A stretch of DNA of 35,569 bases from a virus (Duplodnaviria > Caudoviricetes): IMG/VR virus record IMGVR_UViG_3300047279_000042, positions 1-35,569 of that record, one strand, 5' to 3'. Positions within the stretch are counted from its first letter, which is position 1. Every line of letters begins with the position of its first letter. The notes under the pieces were generated by a model, which saw nothing but the letters and a program-made list of their open reading frames with translations, searched no databases and had not been told where the DNA came from. Position numbers and translations under genes: made by a program. Positions 33,944 through 35,569 of this stretch are shown here, piece by piece.

Positions 33944-35308
33944 ATGGCTGAATTTAGTTTTTCTGATTTATTCAAAAGCGACAATGCGGGTGGCGACATT
34001 TTCGGCAATATGTTTGGCGGTGGTGGCACGCCAACGGGGCTTGATGCACTGTTGACAGAGGATCAGCGCAAACTCTTAAGCCGTAATGCGACACTTTCAG
34101 CAGCTGCTGCACTCTTGCAAGCCAGTGGCCGAAGCCCACAGCGTATTGGTCTGGGCCAAGCTCTAGGCTCTGCCCTGCAAGCCGGCCAAGGCGCTTATGA
34201 GAAAGGTCGTGCCAGCTCTTTTCAAGATTTAATTTTGGGTGAGAAGCTGAAAGAAGGTCAGGCAGAACGTGCGCGTGATGCAGATTATTTTGCAATGCTA
34301 AAGGCAGCAGGCCAGCCAGCAATGCCCACACCAGGCGGTCAAATGCCTATACCCCCAGCGGCCATAGATGGTCCTGGTGTGCAAGTGTTTGCACCAGATG
34401 CCCCCAGAGCAGCTGCGCCAATGACTGCACCAAACATCTTTGCCAATATGACACCAGAGCAGCGAACACTGCTGGCCGGTATGCCTCGCAAAGAAGGTGC
34501 AAAGTTTTTGCTTGAAACTACGAAGCCAGAAGCTACTCCAGAAAACATCAAGACTTTGAGAGCATTGGGCCTGCCCGTGACACTGGAAGGCTTGCGTCAA
34601 CTGGACAAGCCAGAGGCATCACCAGCTGAGTCAAAACTGCTTAGAGAAGCCGGAGTGCCTGTTACTCTTGAAAACATCATGAAGCTCAAGCGATCTGGTG
34701 CGGCTAACACTAGTGTAGATGTCCGGATGCCTGGCAATCAGCAATTCTTGGCTGGTGTTGGAACTGATGTTTCTAAAACATTGACTGATTTGACAGCTGG
34801 AGCAAGGTCTGCAAATGAGACATTGACAAATGTAGAGAGAATGCTGCCTGCGCTTGATAAGGCCATTCTTGGCCCAGGTGCAGATTACAGAACAGCCATG
34901 GTGCGAATTGGCCAGCAATTGAATATCGCTGGTGCTGATGCAAATGAGCAATTAGCTAACACCAGAATTGTGGTCCAAGGGTTGGCCCAGCAAGAGCTTG
35001 ACGCTGCGGCCCAAATGCGCGGCCAAGGATCATTGACCGAAGGTGAGCGCGGAATACTTAGACGCGCAGCTGCTGGCGATCAAACACTAAGCGCTGCCGA
35101 GATTAAGCAAGCATTGTCAACGGCACAGAAAACATCTAGATATCGCTTAAAAGAACAAAAAGACTATCTGGAACGCGCTAGCAAATTGCCAGGCTTTGAG
35201 CAGTTTGCACCTATGTACCAAGTCACGCCTTATGGTGGTGGTGGGAATCCACTGGAAGATGCCATTAACAGATCACTTCAATTACGTTCTTCTGGAGGTC
35301 AGCGATGA
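33944..35308 (+). CDS. Internal virion / ejection protein (454 aa)
   Basis: AAGGAG RBS; AAALLQASG..P..LGQALG..LQAG; short internal repeat (KPEA.P...LR..G.PVTLE twice); G.GSLTE.ER motif. Confidence 0.65.
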   Translation: MAEFSFSDLFKSDNAGGDIFGNMFGGGGTPTGLDALLTEDQRKLLSRNATLSAAAALLQASGRSPQRIGLGQALGSALQAGQGAYEKGRASSFQDLILGEKLKEGQAERARDADYFAMLKAAGQPAMPTPGGQMPIPPAAIDGPGVQVFAPDAPRAAAPMTAPNIFANMTPEQRTLLAGMPRKEGAKFLLETTKPEATPENIKTLRALGLPVTLEGLRQLDKPEASPAESKLLREAGVPVTLENIMKLKRSGAANTSVDVRMPGNQQFLAGVGTDVSKTLTDLTAGARSANETLTNVERMLPALDKAILGPGADYRTAMVRIGQQLNIAGADANEQLANTRIVVQGLAQQELDAAAQMRGQGSLTEGERGILRRAAAGDQTLSAAEIKQALSTAQKTSRYRLKEQKDYLERASKLPGFEQFAPMYQVTPYGGGGNPLEDAINRSLQLRSSGGQR

Positions 35309-35569
35309 GCGATGCATTAGAAGGTTTCACAACCGAAGAACTGCTAAAGATTAAGGCTGGGGATGTCTCTGGCCTATCTACTGAAAAGCTGAATATTCTT
35401 AAAAGCATTCTGTCTCAGAGTCTAGACATTGATCGCCCTGCACCAGCTCCAGCGCCAGCTCCAGCGCCAGCATTGGCCCAGCCACTGCCAGAAGCTCCAA
35501 CCCAACGCCTGCGATCCATTGGCCAAGGTGTCACGATGGGTGCATCCGATGAGATGGAAGCTCAATTGC
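35305..35569 (+). CDS. 5' part of the ejection protein that continues at nt 1-1996
   Basis: GGAGG RBS; ATGA overlap with the previous stop; reads MSDALEGFTTEELLKIKAGDVSGLSTEKLNILKSILSQSLDIDRPAPAPAPAPAPALAQPLPEA into ORF 107..1996. Confidence 0.85.
   Translation, partial: MSDALEGFTTEELLKIKAGDVSGLSTEKLNILKSILSQSLDIDRPAPAPAPAPAPALAQPLPEAPTQRLRSIGQGVTMGASDEMEAQL
35355..35569. repeat. Terminal overlap, right copy
   Basis: Matches nt 1-203 apart from a 12-bp insertion at 35455-35466. Confidence 0.95.

Noticed and set aside
35355-35569. True physical direct terminal repeats
   Set aside because: The repeat lies inside a coding gene, far from terS, and the copies differ at a microsatellite. This fits an assembly overlap of a circularly permuted genome better.
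1-35569. tRNA, rRNA, integrase/att site, IS element or intein
   Set aside because: No cloverleaf, recombinase or transposase motifs were recognised by eye, and TerL, helicase and primase are of ordinary length. A tRNAscan/HMM run would be needed to exclude them formally.

Overview
This window looks like a complete, circularly permuted ~35.35-kb genome of a podovirus-like tailed phage. Nt 1-203 recur at 35355-35569, with one 12-bp indel between the copies. A Rz/Rz1 spanin pair indicates a Gram-negative host; a freshwater betaproteobacterial host is a guess from protein style. Gene order: ejection/internal virion proteins (wrapping the ends), a small leftward early operon and a Cro-like HTH gene, then a replication module. 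That module has a DUF2815-type SSB, SNF2-type helicase, Cas4-like DUF2800 nuclease, primase-polymerase/helicase and VRR-NUC, but no recognisable DNA polymerase or integrase. Next come TerS, TerL, small basic proteins, portal, scaffold, major capsid protein, a GT2-like glycosyltransferase, tail proteins and fibre, a long run of small membrane genes with spanins and a GH19 endolysin, and the tail hub. The strongest finding is that the major capsid gene is split by a 320-nt ORF-less group I intron (20278-20597, subgroup IA2 architecture); removing it restores a 320-aa capsid protein. Other notable signals are an ACCGGT iteron/palindrome array plus two clusters of host-type DnaA boxes (10.6-12.2 kb), and a candidate antisense RNA over the primase ribosome-binding site. 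Family assignments come from motif recognition only; no database searches were run.
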